Shown here piece by piece: positions 47,419 through 58,824 of a stretch of DNA of 64,000 nucleotides. Source of the stretch: an uncultured Chitinophagales bacterium. GTDB taxonomy: Bacteria; Bacteroidota; Bacteroidia; Chitinophagales; JAHDHT01. The notes under the pieces were generated by a model. That model saw nothing but the letters and a program-made list of their open reading frames with translations. It had not been told where the DNA came from and made no database searches. Location: assembly GCA_938023075.1 (NCBI GenBank), contig CALHDG010000024.1, positions 2,050 through 66,049 on the forward strand. Reading direction: 5' to 3'. The first letter of the stretch is position 1, and the number at the start of each line of letters is the position of its first letter. Position numbers and translations under genes: made by a program.

Positions 47419-48900
47419 TTATTCATAAGTCCAGGTAGTTTCTTCGCCATCTTTAATTAATATATTTAGTTTGTTTAGATCATCTCTAATTTTGTCAGAG
47501 GTTCCCCAATCTTTTTTGGTGCGGGCTTCGGCACGAATATCGATAATGAGTTGCATTAAACCGTTAACCACTTCTTGATTGCCTTCTTCTTCAGGTTGTA
47601 AGCCGAGTATGTCGGTTACAAAAGTATTAAAGGTGGTTTGAAGCAACTGAAAAGTAGTTGCACTTAATTTGCTTACATCGCTTTGTTTGTTGGTGTAAGC
47701 ATTTATTTTATTTGCCAACTCAAACAAAACGGCAAGGGTTTGTGCAGTATTGAAATCGTCGTTCATTTTGTGGTTGCATTGTGCGCATAATTGTTGAACG
47801 GCTTCGTCTTCGGCAGTATCGGTATTGGCTTCGGTGTGTGTTAATTTGTTTAAACTAACTTGGGCATTCATTAGGCGTTTATAACCTTTTTCGGCAGCCA
47901 ATAAGGCATCGTTACTTAAATCGAACTCGCTGCTATAATGGCTTTGCAGCATAAAAAAACGAATAACCATAGGGGAGAATCCTTTGTCCATCAAATCGTT
48001 TTCACCACTAATCAGTTCATCAGGAAAAATGGAATTACCGAGCGATTTACTCATCTTTTTACCATTCATAGTTAACATATTGGTATGTACCCAGTACTTA
48101 ACCGGTTCGCCTTCGCCGGCGCCAATGTTTTGGGCAATTTCGCAATCGTGATGCGGAAATTTCAAGTCCATACCACCACCGTGAATATCGAATCGTTGCC
48201 CTAAATATTTGGTGCTCATTACGGAACATTCTAAATGCCAACCCGGTACGCCTTTACCCCAAGGGGAAGTGTAGCGTTGTAAATAGGTTTCATCGCAATC
48301 TTTCCAAATGGCAAAATCGCGTGGATCGTTCTTTTCGTCTTGCGCATCTAATTCGCGATAGCCCTCCTGCTGCTCGTCGATGTTTCTGCCGCTCAGTTTA
48401 CCATAGTCGTATGCTTTGGCAAACTTTGGCACATCAAAATAGACCGAACCATTTTTTTCGTAAGCATAACCATTTTTGATGATGGCTTCTACCATGTCAA
48501 TTTGCTCCACAATATGTCCGGTAGCGGTGGGTTCAATATCGGGTGGTTGTATGTTAAATACCCGCATTAAATCGTGGAAAGCGCAAGTGTATTTTTGTAC
48601 GATTTGCATCGGGTCTACCGATTCTGCTTTCGCCAAATCACCAATAGAATCGGCTTCTATCCCTGCGCTATTGGTCATATGCCCAACATCAGTAATGTTG
48701 CGCACATATTTTACCTTGTAGCCTATATGCTTGAGGTAGCGATACATCACATCAAAAGCCATAAAGGTGCGCACATTGCCCAAATGAGGAATGTTGTACA
48801 CGGTTGGTCCGCAAGAATAAAAGCCCACATTGGGTGGATTAATCGGTTCAAATTTTTCTTTTTGCTTGGTTAAGGTGTTGTAAATGTGCAAACTTTCCAT
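47419..48900 (-). CDS. cysS: cysteine--tRNA ligase
   Basis: 493 aa with a HIGH-type motif (PHLGN), KMSKS present, and typical CysRS core motifs. Confidence 0.95.
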   Translation of the reverse strand: MESLHIYNTLTKQKEKFEPINPPNVGFYSCGPTVYNIPHLGNVRTFMAFDVMYRYLKHIGYKVKYVRNITDVGHMTNSAGIEADSIGDLAKAESVDPMQIVQKYTCAFHDLMRVFNIQPPDIEPTATGHIVEQIDMVEAIIKNGYAYEKNGSVYFDVPKFAKAYDYGKLSGRNIDEQQEGYRELDAQDEKNDPRDFAIWKDCDETYLQRYTSPWGKGVPGWHLECSVMSTKYLGQRFDIHGGGMDLKFPHHDCEIAQNIGAGEGEPVKYWVHTNMLTMNGKKMSKSLGNSIFPDELISGENDLMDKGFSPMVIRFFMLQSHYSSEFDLSNDALLAAEKGYKRLMNAQVSLNKLTHTEANTDTAEDEAVQQLCAQCNHKMNDDFNTAQTLAVLFELANKINAYTNKQSDVSKLSATTFQLLQTTFNTFVTDILGLQPEEEGNQEVVNGLMQLIIDIRAEARTKKDWGTSDKIRDDLNKLNILIKDGEETTWTYE

Positions 48901-48907
48901 AGATTGG

Positions 48908-48915
48908 CAAAGTTA
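48908..48915 (-). promoter_or_regulatory. Bacteroidota -7 box (TAnnTTTG) just upstream of cysS
   Basis: The minus strand reads TAACTTTG-CCAATCT-ATG. This would give a very short or absent leader. Confidence 0.4.
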
Positions 48916-49161
48916 GGAGTTTTTATGGGATTTGAAAAGGCTGATTTTTTCTAATTGGATGCAAAATGTTTGAGAAGCCTTAACTTCCAAAAAATTGAGG
49001 ATCAAACACGAAAAAACATTAATAATATAATTTTTTTGCCCTTTAAATGTGTAGTTAGATTTAAAATACGCTTTCAATAGAATAAACTTTGGTTATATGT
49101 GTCATATTTGTACATTTTTATACTCATTTCGATATTTGCTCATTTTTATAAAAGATTTCTT

Positions 49162-49169
49162 TATGTTTG
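49162..49169 (+). promoter_or_regulatory. possible -7 box (TAnnTTTG)
   Basis: TATGTTTG about 77 nt upstream of ATG 49246. Confidence 0.3.
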
Positions 49170-49245
49170 TAACTCTAAAAACAGCTTAAATCCACTTATT
49201 ATATCCGCCCTTTTAAAATATTTATAAATTCATTAAATAAAGCTT

Positions 49246-51237
49246 ATGAAGATTGTAAGCCCATTAATAAACTACTTCACATGTATACTAATATTGTGCT
49301 TTAGTGCTCATTTTGGTTATACACAGTGTAGTGAGGGATGTGAAATTAGTTTTGGTTCTTCTGCAGGATTATTGACTGGTTTTACTGATGTTACAGGTAA
49401 TAATGATATTTTAAACATGAATGCTGATCCGCAGACACTTACACAAAGCTTCAATGTATATGACGAGAACGATTGCACTTGTCCTGTTGTTGGTGGAGGG
49501 GGTGTAGATGATATAACATTAACTATGACCATAGATGATAATACAGTAGATGCCTATGGTGGTGTTTCATTTGATTATGATGGCACATCTCTTACAGACA
49601 TTAACCAATCAACATCAGGATTGGTTGGACTTATTGACTTAGATAATACTGGAACGAGAGATGTTTCACCTGGAGATTATCTATGTTATACAATCGAGGT
49701 TGACTTTGCACCTCATTTACATCAACTTGCTGAAAATGTTTGTGTGAGTGCTAATAGTATTAATACTGGTGGAGAGCATTTTGAATCAACCACGATAGTG
49801 TTTTGGGATGACACCGACACCCCGTATGGAACAGTAAATTATCAAGGATTTTATGAAGATCCTGATGGACCTGGAGGAGATCATCCCGGCACAACTATCG
49901 ATTGTACAGCTTTGAACCCTACTAATGACAATTTATCTGCTACTACTGCGGTTTATACCGATGGCGTCGGTGCTGTAGAGGCATCTACTCAACCCGGAGT
50001 TTTTGTGGCTGCTGAAACAACAACAGTTATTGCTGATAATAACCCAGGCGGTAATGGGAATCCCAACACTTGCGAAGTTGAGCCTGGACCTGATGGTACA
50101 TTTGATGGTGTAACAAGTGGAGTTTCTATTGAAGCAGTTACGAATTCAGGATTGGCAGACTGTGATATTGTAGGAGGTTTTACATTTATGGTTTGTTTAG
50201 AGGATGTTTCTACAACAACCACAGATACTGCAGACAATTCAAATAATGATGGGGATGGAACTGCAACTGGTTCAGATACGGGTTTTACCAGTACCTTGAG
50301 AGGATTTAATTTTAGCCCCATTTGTTGTCCTGAAACTCAAACTGTTGCTGATGTGAGTACTCCTCTTTGTGAGTCTGACTTAGGCACTGTAGTGGATGAT
50401 TGGAAAGCAACAATAGAAGCAACAGACGGAAGTGGAGCAGTTACCTCAGCTGCAGTTGCTCCTTCCACCACATCAATAGTTTATACCTCAAACCCCAGTT
50501 TAGCAGGCACTTATGATAATACTGCATTTACAGGAATAACTATAGATCCAGAACCAAGCTATGCACATTCTGGAACTGGATGTGACAATGAAATGGTTAC
50601 AAGCTATGCATATGTGTTGTGTGATAAGGGAACTACTAACTGCTCTGATTTTGTTAATTATGATTTAGTACTTGCCAGTACTTTAGCATTAGAATTTTAT
50701 CCACCAGCACAGCTACCAACCATCAGCAGAGATGACGATGTATGTAATTATACAATTGCTTCTGCTTGTCCCGGAGATGTTATAAGCCCAAGTCCATTAA
50801 CGGCTTTACCAGGAGAAACACCATCAAACAGCTATACAGTAACTACAGCAAATGGTTGTGAAAATATGTTTACAATAGATGTTGAAGCTTGTCCGGCACC
50901 AGCACTGCCAGAGGCAGTTTTAGGTTGCCCCAGTGAAATAGATATTTGTGGAGGTACACCTGCTTCTATTAATGCATCAGATGCAAATCAGGATACCGCT
51001 GCTTCTTCAACTGCCATTTATGGTGGCACAGCTGCTGGGTTCATTAATACTATGGGCACAACTGTAATTACTGATGATGTTATCGACCCAAGTTTAATAC
51101 CTAATGCTGGTACTTATAATTTAACCTTACAACTAATGAGCATGGACGGAACATTAAGCGAAACCGTTACTTGTACAATTAGTGCAGTGGTAAATTGCGA
51201 TGCCAACGGAGGCGATTTTCCAACTACAGGTCCTTAA
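49246..51237 (+). CDS. secreted Cys/Thr/Asp-rich hypothetical protein
   Basis: 663-aa ORF with a signal peptide. No domain I recognise and no obvious T9SS CTD. Confidence 0.65.
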   Translation: MKIVSPLINYFTCILILCFSAHFGYTQCSEGCEISFGSSAGLLTGFTDVTGNNDILNMNADPQTLTQSFNVYDENDCTCPVVGGGGVDDITLTMTIDDNTVDAYGGVSFDYDGTSLTDINQSTSGLVGLIDLDNTGTRDVSPGDYLCYTIEVDFAPHLHQLAENVCVSANSINTGGEHFESTTIVFWDDTDTPYGTVNYQGFYEDPDGPGGDHPGTTIDCTALNPTNDNLSATTAVYTDGVGAVEASTQPGVFVAAETTTVIADNNPGGNGNPNTCEVEPGPDGTFDGVTSGVSIEAVTNSGLADCDIVGGFTFMVCLEDVSTTTTDTADNSNNDGDGTATGSDTGFTSTLRGFNFSPICCPETQTVADVSTPLCESDLGTVVDDWKATIEATDGSGAVTSAAVAPSTTSIVYTSNPSLAGTYDNTAFTGITIDPEPSYAHSGTGCDNEMVTSYAYVLCDKGTTNCSDFVNYDLVLASTLALEFYPPAQLPTISRDDDVCNYTIASACPGDVISPSPLTALPGETPSNSYTVTTANGCENMFTIDVEACPAPALPEAVLGCPSEIDICGGTPASINASDANQDTAASSTAIYGGTAAGFINTMGTTVITDDVIDPSLIPNAGTYNLTLQLMSMDGTLSETVTCTISAVVNCDANGGDFPTTGP

Positions 51238-51266
51238 AAATTAAGCTCACTTTAAAAAATAAACAA

Positions 51267-51299
51267 AGCTCATTTTACTATTAAAATGAGCTTTTTTTG
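51267..51299. terminator. bidirectional intrinsic terminator between convergent genes
   Basis: 11-bp stem agctcatttta / taaaatgagct with loop ctat, an A-run upstream and a T-run downstream. Confidence 0.65.
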
Positions 51300-51315
51300 A
51301 TGTAGAAATACTACC

Positions 51316-52506
51316 TTAATTGCCCGTACAAGCCCTTATTTCAGCAAGGAAAGTGCTACTGGCATCTACTTCAAATCCATTTTCTAATAATACGACTTCT
51401 CCGGCTTGATAGGTAGCTGCTGCCGTTTCAATAACCTGATTTACAGCGTAAACCGTATCAATGGCTTGTACAAGTTCAGTTTCTGAATTTATTTTATATT
51501 GAATGGTTTGCTTAGTAGCGTTTTGGTGGCAAGGGTTTTTTAAGAAACTACGAGATGGGGCTGAATCTATGCTGGCATGCATTCTTTCAACTTGCCCTTC
51601 AGTAAATAAGTTCAGGCAACCATCAAATTGATATTCCATAAAGTTTTCTGTCATATCTTCACTGTTACAGGAAGTAGCACCAAATTCACAACCTAAATAT
51701 GGAGCTAATGAAAATGGGGTATCTTCTACTCCATCATCTTGTTCAAAGCAGTCATAATCATTTACATTTTCGGGTGGTCCCCAAAGGTGTTGTAAATTTA
51801 ACCAGTGCCCTACTTCATGTGTAGCTGTTCTACCTTCAGAATTAAAGAGTACAAAAGTAAAAATAACACCTCTACCGGTAGCTTGATAATCTAATACAAC
51901 TGCATCAATATAAGCCTCATAGCCTGGTAAAGAAGAAAAACCTACTGGACCACCAAAATCAGCTGCTAAATCACAAACGTAAATGTTTAAATAACCAGGC
52001 CAAATTGTTTTACCTCCTTTGGCATCTAAAAACATAGAGTCAGTTCTATACTCAAAAACATCTATATTGGTTAAAGTGCGTGTTATTCCATTAAAATAAT
52101 TTCCGTTAATATCCACATTGGCTAAACTGAAACGAATTTTGGCATCTGCGGCTTGTTGCCAGTTATCATAAGCATCTGCATTTTTTCTTCTAAAATCTTC
52201 ATTAAGTACATCAATCTGACTAGTCAACCTGGCAGCATCAACGTTTTCATCCTCTTCTTCATTTTGGTATAACACATGAAAAACAACCGGAATAGTAATG
52301 ATTTCATTGGCGATAGGCTTTTTAGCTTGTCGCTCATTATTGATGCGCAATTGAAGCTCCTTTTCAAAGGCACTTTTTTGTTGTTTTAATGCTGGATTTA
52401 TGGTGTGTTTTAGGGCTTCTAATTCGCCGGTTGCACAACGTTTTTGAGCAGAAAGTATGGTAACATTAGCCAATACAAAATAAATAATGAAAAGATGGTA
52501 TTTCAT
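51316..52506 (-). CDS. M43-family (pappalysin/cytophagalysin-like) zinc metalloprotease with conserved C-terminal tail
   Basis: HEVGHWLNLQHLWG (HExxHxxxxxH), signal peptide, C-terminal AGEVVLLENGFEVDASSTFLAEIRAC. Confidence 0.85.
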   Translation of the reverse strand: MKYHLFIIYFVLANVTILSAQKRCATGELEALKHTINPALKQQKSAFEKELQLRINNERQAKKPIANEIITIPVVFHVLYQNEEEDENVDAARLTSQIDVLNEDFRRKNADAYDNWQQAADAKIRFSLANVDINGNYFNGITRTLTNIDVFEYRTDSMFLDAKGGKTIWPGYLNIYVCDLAADFGGPVGFSSLPGYEAYIDAVVLDYQATGRGVIFTFVLFNSEGRTATHEVGHWLNLQHLWGPPENVNDYDCFEQDDGVEDTPFSLAPYLGCEFGATSCNSEDMTENFMEYQFDGCLNLFTEGQVERMHASIDSAPSRSFLKNPCHQNATKQTIQYKINSETELVQAIDTVYAVNQVIETAAATYQAGEVVLLENGFEVDASSTFLAEIRACTGN

Positions 52507-52641
52507 AAATAAGAACTTTAGATTTTACGAAGATAATGCATTTGAATGATTATTGCGTTCTGGACAATTAATTAATTAGCAATACAAATGTTGAAAAAGT
52601 TTAAATAATCTATCCAACATTTTACTTTCGTACCTCATTAG

Positions 52642-53850
52642 CTAGCCTCCACAATCACCCGATAAAAAAGCTCTAAAATCACTTGATTGATCGATACTAA
52701 AACCACTATTTAAAGTTATTCTGTTTTTCGCAAAATAACTAATATTCGAATTATTGAAGATGTCATTTTGTGCCGTAATTACACCATTACTGATAATAGT
52801 TTTTACCTTATTTTGAAAATTGAGATCTACATTTACGGAAGATAAACAATTACTACATTTATTATGATTAACTAAATATGGCCGGTATACATTTATCGAA
52901 GCAATCATTCTATTGGCTTGCCCTTGAGTAAACAAATTCATACAAGCATCATAATGATAGTCCATAAAATTATCAACCATATCGGTGCTTCCGCAAGAGG
53001 TACCGGCATTACACTCATTATAAGCATTGGCAGAATTTGGTGTATCGCTAATATTATCATCAACATTGCAACTACCATCTCCAGGTCCCCAAGGGTGTTC
53101 TAAATCCAGCCAATGCCCTACTTCGTGTGTGGCGGTTCTTCCTAAATCGTAGTTAGTAAGCAACTTATACGCTTTTGTTCCATTTACTATCTTTTGTTTA
53201 CCAACTACCCGGTAATCTAAAACAACACCATCATATGCAGCAAAGTAACCTGGAAAAGGAGCCGATCCTAAAACACCTTCGGCAAATACATCTAAATTGC
53301 AAACGTAAATATTCAAATAGTCGGGCCAAATTTCTTTTCCACCGCTAGATGAGGAAAACATATCAAAGCTTTGAGGATTGAATTCGCTTTTGTTGGTAAA
53401 GGTGCGGGTAACTCCTTCAAAGTAATTTCCGTCTATATCAATATTGGCTAAACAAAATTCTATTTGAGCATCAGTTGCTTGCGACCATGTGTTGGTAGCA
53501 TTACTGTTTTGCCTTCTATAATCTTCGTTTAGTACAGTTATTTGAGATTGCAATTGATCAAAACTGATGTCTTCTTCTGCTTTGTTGTGTAATATGTGAA
53601 AAACTACCGGAATGGTAACTAAAGCAGATTTAGCTTTTTCTGTTTTTTGATTTACAGTTTGCTGCTGCTGCTCTAATACTAATCGATCTAATACCTTTTT
53701 TTTAGCCATTATTTCAGGATGTTCATTCAACTGCAATTGCATTAACTCATTAGTGTTACAACGTTTTTGCCCTTTCGCGTTAAAACTAATTATTAAAAAA
53801 GTTATCCATAAAAAAAAGAAAGTCGTAGAAAAAACTAGATTTGATTTCAT
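52642..53850 (-). CDS. M43-family zinc metalloprotease paralogue with conserved C-terminal tail
   Basis: HEVGHWLDLEHPWG. Collinear with the neighbouring gene (TIPVVFH(V/I)L..., VLNEDYRR(K/Q)N, IWP(G/D)YLNIYVC(D/N)L). C-terminal KNRITLNSGFSIDQSSDFRAFLSGDC. Confidence 0.85.
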   Translation of the reverse strand: MKSNLVFSTTFFFLWITFLIISFNAKGQKRCNTNELMQLQLNEHPEIMAKKKVLDRLVLEQQQQTVNQKTEKAKSALVTIPVVFHILHNKAEEDISFDQLQSQITVLNEDYRRQNSNATNTWSQATDAQIEFCLANIDIDGNYFEGVTRTFTNKSEFNPQSFDMFSSSSGGKEIWPDYLNIYVCNLDVFAEGVLGSAPFPGYFAAYDGVVLDYRVVGKQKIVNGTKAYKLLTNYDLGRTATHEVGHWLDLEHPWGPGDGSCNVDDNISDTPNSANAYNECNAGTSCGSTDMVDNFMDYHYDACMNLFTQGQANRMIASINVYRPYLVNHNKCSNCLSSVNVDLNFQNKVKTIISNGVITAQNDIFNNSNISYFAKNRITLNSGFSIDQSSDFRAFLSGDCGG

Positions 53851-53955
53851 TTGATTATTTTTGGTTATTTAAGAAAATAATACATTAACAATGTTACGAA
53901 TTTTTAGGGCTTTGGTTATGTTAATTATATTGAAAATAAATCTGTTGAGCAATTC

Positions 53956-54972
53956 ATGACCAATTTAGTCACAGGAGCGACAGGATTAGTGGGATCTAAC
54001 TTATGCAGATATTTAATTAGCAAGGGCGAAAGCGTATATGCCCTGTACCGAAAAACTAGTCGATTTGATTTACTGGATGATATATACAATGATGTCAATT
54101 GGATTGAAGGTGATTTGCAAGATGTGCTACTTTTATCAGCACTTTGTCAATCAGTAGATGTAGTGTACCATGCCGCTGCTAAAGTATCTTACCAAAAAAA
54201 AGAAATTGATTTAATGTATGCTAGCAATGTAAGCGGTACAGGTAATTTAGTTGATGCTGCGCTATACGGAAAAGTTAAAAAATTACTTTATGTAAGCTCA
54301 ATTGCTGCTTTAGGTAAATTGCTCAAACCCAAAACAATAATTAATGAACAGAACGAACCCGAAAGCTGGAATAGTAAATATGGGCATAGTAAATATTTGG
54401 GAGAGTTAGAAGTTTGGCGTGCTCAGGCAGAAGGTTTATCCACGGTAGTTATCAATCCATCTGTTATCATTGGAGGAGGTTATTGGAACAGCAATTCTGG
54501 AAAATTATTTACCCAGTTACATAAAGGTTTCCCATATTACAGTAAAGGTTCTACTGGTTTTGTTGATGTACGAGACGTGGTAAAAATAATGTACCAACTG
54601 ATGCATTCAACTATTGAGGAAAAACGGTTTGTAGTTTCAGCTGAAAATTGGACTTATAAGGATTTTTTTAGGGAAATTGCACTACAGTTGAACGTAAAAT
54701 CGCCAAATAAAAGCCCCGGTAAGTTTCTTCAACAACTGGCACTAACAGCAGATTGGTTTAAAAGTGCCTTAACAAATCAACCTCGCTTTTTAACTCAAGA
54801 ACTTATACAAACTGCTAACACCTTATCAGTTTATGACAATAGTAAGTTAACCGATTTGCTCAGTTATAAGTATTTGCCACTAGATCAAACTATCTCGGAA
54901 ACGGCTGATCTATTCAGAAAGTCAAAAAGCTTAGGACAAGATTTTGCCTATTTCAATTCGATTGAACAATAG
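53956..54972 (+). CDS. NAD-dependent epimerase/dehydratase (extended SDR)
   Basis: VTGATGLVGSNL Rossmann motif and YGHSKYLGE catalytic YxxxK. Confidence 0.85.
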   Translation: MTNLVTGATGLVGSNLCRYLISKGESVYALYRKTSRFDLLDDIYNDVNWIEGDLQDVLLLSALCQSVDVVYHAAAKVSYQKKEIDLMYASNVSGTGNLVDAALYGKVKKLLYVSSIAALGKLLKPKTIINEQNEPESWNSKYGHSKYLGELEVWRAQAEGLSTVVINPSVIIGGGYWNSNSGKLFTQLHKGFPYYSKGSTGFVDVRDVVKIMYQLMHSTIEEKRFVVSAENWTYKDFFREIALQLNVKSPNKSPGKFLQQLALTADWFKSALTNQPRFLTQELIQTANTLSVYDNSKLTDLLSYKYLPLDQTISETADLFRKSKSLGQDFAYFNSIEQ

Positions 54973-55010
54973 ATGATTTTATTAATATTGAAATAGTAAT
55001 GAAAAGAGGT

Positions 55011-56066
55011 TTATGATTTCAATAGATATTGAAAAGTGAAATGATTAGAAGATGCCGGTACGCTATAAAATGCTTTACCATAGCTTACACTCCAACGTTT
55101 CAATTCTACCCCAATTCCACCTGAAAAACCGGAAGACCATGTGCGGCTTGCAACGTTCAATTCTGCTCTTTTTAAATGATTGTAGCCTATGCGAAGGTTT
55201 AGCACTTTGCCCAAATAAAATTCGCCGGTAAAATTTATATGGCGAAACAATTTATCAATAACATATTTGCGTTGTCTAGGTGGAGGCGCATTGGGGTCTA
55301 ATAAAATATTTTCTTGTTGAAGTGCCGGGTCATCAAACCGGATATTCCATAAGTGTAAATGATGCAACATAACTCCAAAACGAAAGGGCACATAGCGTAA
55401 CCGTTTGGTAAAGCCAGCCTGTACATCAAAAGGAACTGGCTCTTGTTCAAATGCATATTTTACAAATTGAGCACCTGCATTTTTAATCACCAAACCGGCG
55501 GTAAAGCGGCGTGTAGTATCATGATAAGCCACCCCAACATCTGCCAGTAAACCATACGATTGATAACGATACAAATAAGACCCAACCAGTTTAGCATTAA
55601 CTCCAAAAGTTATGTTTTCACTGGCTTGATACGAACCTCCGGCAGTAAAAGCAAATTCGCTGCCTGTAAAGGTACCCAGGTTTTGTCCGGTTTCATTTGT
55701 TTCTTCAAATTTGCCATAAGCAATATATTGTAAGCCGGCACTTAGTACAATGTTGGGTTTATACTCAAAGGCAGTAGCCACGTAACCATGTTGTATTCCG
55801 CCAACATATAACTGATGTCCCAATTGTGCTTTTTGGTGCATTTTACTATTGTACAAAGCCGGATTTTGATAAGCCATGGCAATATCATCATCAACCATAG
55901 CCAATTGTAAACCCCCCATACCAGTTATGCGGGCAGAGCCAGGCAACTCAATAAACTCATAAACATGCTGCCCACCTATTTGAGCAATTAAAGTATAGTT
56001 AACAGCAAGTATGCAAAGCATTCCAATAGTATGTTTCCACATTTTTTGTGCATTGCTTAATTTCAT
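55011..56066 (-). CDS. outer-membrane beta-barrel protein, PorQ-like (T9SS-associated)
   Basis: Signal peptide, then FIELPGSARITGMGGLQLAMVDDDIAMAYQNPAL, which resembles the PorQ N-terminal motif as I remember it. ATG 56066 preferred over TTG 56075. Confidence 0.55.
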   Translation of the reverse strand: MKLSNAQKMWKHTIGMLCILAVNYTLIAQIGGQHVYEFIELPGSARITGMGGLQLAMVDDDIAMAYQNPALYNSKMHQKAQLGHQLYVGGIQHGYVATAFEYKPNIVLSAGLQYIAYGKFEETNETGQNLGTFTGSEFAFTAGGSYQASENITFGVNAKLVGSYLYRYQSYGLLADVGVAYHDTTRRFTAGLVIKNAGAQFVKYAFEQEPVPFDVQAGFTKRLRYVPFRFGVMLHHLHLWNIRFDDPALQQENILLDPNAPPPRQRKYVIDKLFRHINFTGEFYLGKVLNLRIGYNHLKRAELNVASRTWSSGFSGGIGVELKRWSVSYGKAFYSVPASSNHFTFQYLLKS

Positions 56067-56288
56067 TTTTACCAATGGTTTTATTAGTAACGTCGGTTAC
56101 TTTTAAAAAATTGCAGCTAATGTAGGTATTGAAGTTTGATTATTTATGATGATATATACCGAATTTGTAATTACAGTGGGGCTTTTAAAGCTATAATTAA
56201 ATTAAAACTCCGAAGACTCTCCAAAACCGTCCGTTGTTAGTATTGATTTTTTATATTGAAATGAGGAAATTTGAAACTATGATAAAAC

Positions 56289-56415
56289 CGCCGCCCGAAA
56301 ACTAGCCTCGATTGCAGCGGTTATGCCATTTTTGCCTTGGCTTTGTAGCGTTGGCAAAATGGCATTTGAGCGGAAAGCGAGACCAAAGCCACCTTGAAAT
56401 CAGCTCTTTTGCTTC
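56289..56415 (-). repeat. family-A intergenic structured element
   Basis: Reverse-orientation copy in the divergent region between the PorQ-like gene and hppA. Confidence 0.7.
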
Positions 56416-56527
56416 AAATAAAAATGATGATAATAACACTGAATTAGGTTTTGAGACTCCTTTTTTAGGTTGAATTAAGCCTAAATAAAAGATGCTACAA
56501 TTAATTGCATAAACTTACGGCAAAGCG

Positions 56528-56535
56528 TACCTTTG
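56528..56535 (+). promoter_or_regulatory. Bacteroidota -7 box (TAnnTTTG) upstream of hppA
   Basis: TACCTTTG, 40 nt upstream of ATG 56575. Confidence 0.5.
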
Positions 56536-56574
56536 CAGCCGTTTTAAAACCAATTAAAATTTTTAATACATAAA

Positions 56575-58824
56575 ATGGGAACAAACATTATATATGCGAT
56601 ACCAGTTTTTGGCGTAATTGCTTTGTTGTTTACCTTCTGGAAATCGGGCTGGGTAGCCCGGCAGGAAGTAGGTACCGAACGAATGGGGCGCATTGCCGAT
56701 CATATTGCCAAAGGGGCAATGGCTTTTTTAAGAGCTGAATATAAAATATTAGCCATTTTTGTGGCTATTGTAGCAGTTTTGTTAACGGTTACAGGTATGG
56801 GGCAAAAAAATGCGGCAGGTGTGGCAACTTCATCGGGCTTAATTGGCTTGTCGTTTGTGTTAGGCGCAATTTGCTCGGCATTGGCAGGCTTTATTGGTAT
56901 GCGCGTAGCTACCAAAGCCAACGTTAGAACTACCAACGCTGCCCGTACCAGCTTGGGCAAAGCCTTAGAAGTGGCTTTTGCCGGTGGCTCTGTAATGGGT
57001 TTAGGTGTAGTTGGCTTAGGTGTGTTAGGTTTGGGTACTTTATTTTTAGTATACAGCAAGATTTTTGGTATTGATACAGCGGCAAATGTAAGCCGTGTTA
57101 TAACCGTGTTAACGGGCTTTTCTTTTGGTGCTTCTTCCATTGCCTTGTTTGCGCGTGTGGGTGGCGGTATTTATACCAAAGCTGCCGATGTTGGTGCCGA
57201 TTTAGTTGGTAAAGTTGAAGCGGGTATTCCAGAAGATCATCCTTTAAACCCGGCAACTATTGCCGATAACGTGGGTGATAATGTGGGTGATGTAGCCGGC
57301 ATGGGTGCCGATTTATTTGAATCGTATGTAGGTTCAATAATTGGTACAATGGTTTTAGGAACTGCCTTTATGGGTATTGGTGCTTTTAGTGGCAGCGAAT
57401 TTGGTGGGCTTTCTGCTGTATTATTGCCATTGGTTTTAGCAGGTTTGGGTATCATCACTTCTATACTCGGTACTTTTTTAGTTAGAGTAAAAGATGGTGG
57501 CGATCCGCATAAAGCCTTAAATTTAGGCGAGTTTGTTGCTGCCGGTTTAATGTTGGTGATTACCTTTTTTGTTATAAAATTGATGTTACCGGCTGAGTGG
57601 ATTTTAAATGAAAAATCTTATAGCAGCTTAGGTGTATTTTTTGCTATTGTTACCGGGTTAATTTCTGGTTTGGCAATTGGTAAAATTACCGAATATTATA
57701 CCGGTACAGGTACAAAGCCGGTTATTTCTATTGTTCGTCAATCGAAAACCGGAGCAGCAACAAATATTATTGCCGGCTTAGGTGTCGGTATGCGTTCAAC
57801 GGCTATTCCAATTATTATTATTGCACTTGCCATTATCTTGGCTTATTCCTTTGCCGGTTTGTATGGTATTGCTATTGCGGCGGTTGGTATGTTATCTAAC
57901 ACCGGTATTCAATTAGCGGTAGATGCTTACGGACCTATATCCGATAATGCTGGTGGTATTGCTGAAATGGCAGAGTTACCGAAAGAGGTGCGTGAAAGAA
58001 CAGATAAATTAGATGCCGTTGGTAACACTACCGCAGCCATCGGAAAAGGCTTTGCCATTGGTTCGGCAGCATTAACGGCATTGGCGTTGTTTGCGGCATT
58101 TATGACGGCTTACGATTTAACACACGAAAATTCTATTGCTTCTATGGGTGGTATTAATGTGACCAATCCGTTTGTAATGGCTTCTTTATTTATTGGGGCG
58201 ATGTTACCGTTTTTGTTTTCTGCTATGAGTATGGATGCTGTGGGTAGAGCTGCGATGGCGATGATAGAAGAAGTGCGTAGACAGTTTAAAGTGATTCCTG
58301 AATTAAAGGCTGCTTTAAATGTGATGAACAAATATGATGGCAAAGAATACAGTACTTGGTCAAAACAAGATCAAGAAACATTTGACGCTGCAGATGGTAA
58401 AGCGGAGTATGATAAGTGTGTAGAAATTTCAACCAAAGCATCTATCCGCGAAATGGTAGTGCCGGGTTTGGTAGCTGTTATTGTGCCGGTACTTTTTGGC
58501 TTTTTACCTAAATTTATTCCGGGCATACCTGCAGGAACAAACGCTTTAATGTTGGGTGGTTTGTTAGCCGGTGTTACGGTTTCTGGTGTGTTGATGGCAT
58601 TGTTTCAATCGAACGCCGGAGGCGCATGGGATAATGCCAAGAAAATGTTTGAAGAAGGGATTGATATAGATGGCGTAAAATTTATTAAAGGCTCGGATGC
58701 ACACAAAGCAGCCGTAGTTGGCGATACTGTTGGTGATCCATTTAAAGACACCTCAGGACCGAGTTTGAATATTTTATTAAAATTAATGTCGGTTGTAGCG
58801 TTGGTAATTGCTACTATGATTTAA
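56575..58824 (+). CDS. hppA: membrane-bound pyrophosphatase (H+/Na+-translocating PPase)
   Basis: 749 aa and polytopic. Signature motifs [46 protein letters not shown]. Confidence 0.95.
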   Translation: MGTNIIYAIPVFGVIALLFTFWKSGWVARQEVGTERMGRIADHIAKGAMAFLRAEYKILAIFVAIVAVLLTVTGMGQKNAAGVATSSGLIGLSFVLGAICSALAGFIGMRVATKANVRTTNAARTSLGKALEVAFAGGSVMGLGVVGLGVLGLGTLFLVYSKIFGIDTAANVSRVITVLTGFSFGASSIALFARVGGGIYTKAADVGADLVGKVEAGIPEDHPLNPATIADNVGDNVGDVAGMGADLFESYVGSIIGTMVLGTAFMGIGAFSGSEFGGLSAVLLPLVLAGLGIITSILGTFLVRVKDGGDPHKALNLGEFVAAGLMLVITFFVIKLMLPAEWILNEKSYSSLGVFFAIVTGLISGLAIGKITEYYTGTGTKPVISIVRQSKTGAATNIIAGLGVGMRSTAIPIIIIALAIILAYSFAGLYGIAIAAVGMLSNTGIQLAVDAYGPISDNAGGIAEMAELPKEVRERTDKLDAVGNTTAAIGKGFAIGSAALTALALFAAFMTAYDLTHENSIASMGGINVTNPFVMASLFIGAMLPFLFSAMSMDAVGRAAMAMIEEVRRQFKVIPELKAALNVMNKYDGKEYSTWSKQDQETFDAADGKAEYDKCVEISTKASIREMVVPGLVAVIVPVLFGFLPKFIPGIPAGTNALMLGGLLAGVTVSGVLMALFQSNAGGAWDNAKKMFEEGIDIDGVKFIKGSDAHKAAVVGDTVGDPFKDTSGPSLNILLKLMSVVALVIATMI

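Noticed and set aside
47187-47450. 88-aa N-terminal extension of the M28 peptidase ORF (ORF track 46140..47450), overlapping cysS
   Set aside because: The extension reads straight through a family-A repeat and a palindrome. A perfect lipoprotein signal peptide starts at the internal ATG 47186, and the extension would overlap the cysS 3' end.
56700-58343. Antisense ORFs inside hppA (56700..57140, 57237..57458, 58110..58343)
   Set aside because: These are Pro/Ala/Thr-rich antisense translations of a Gly/Ala/Val-rich membrane protein gene, which is typical shadow-ORF behaviour.
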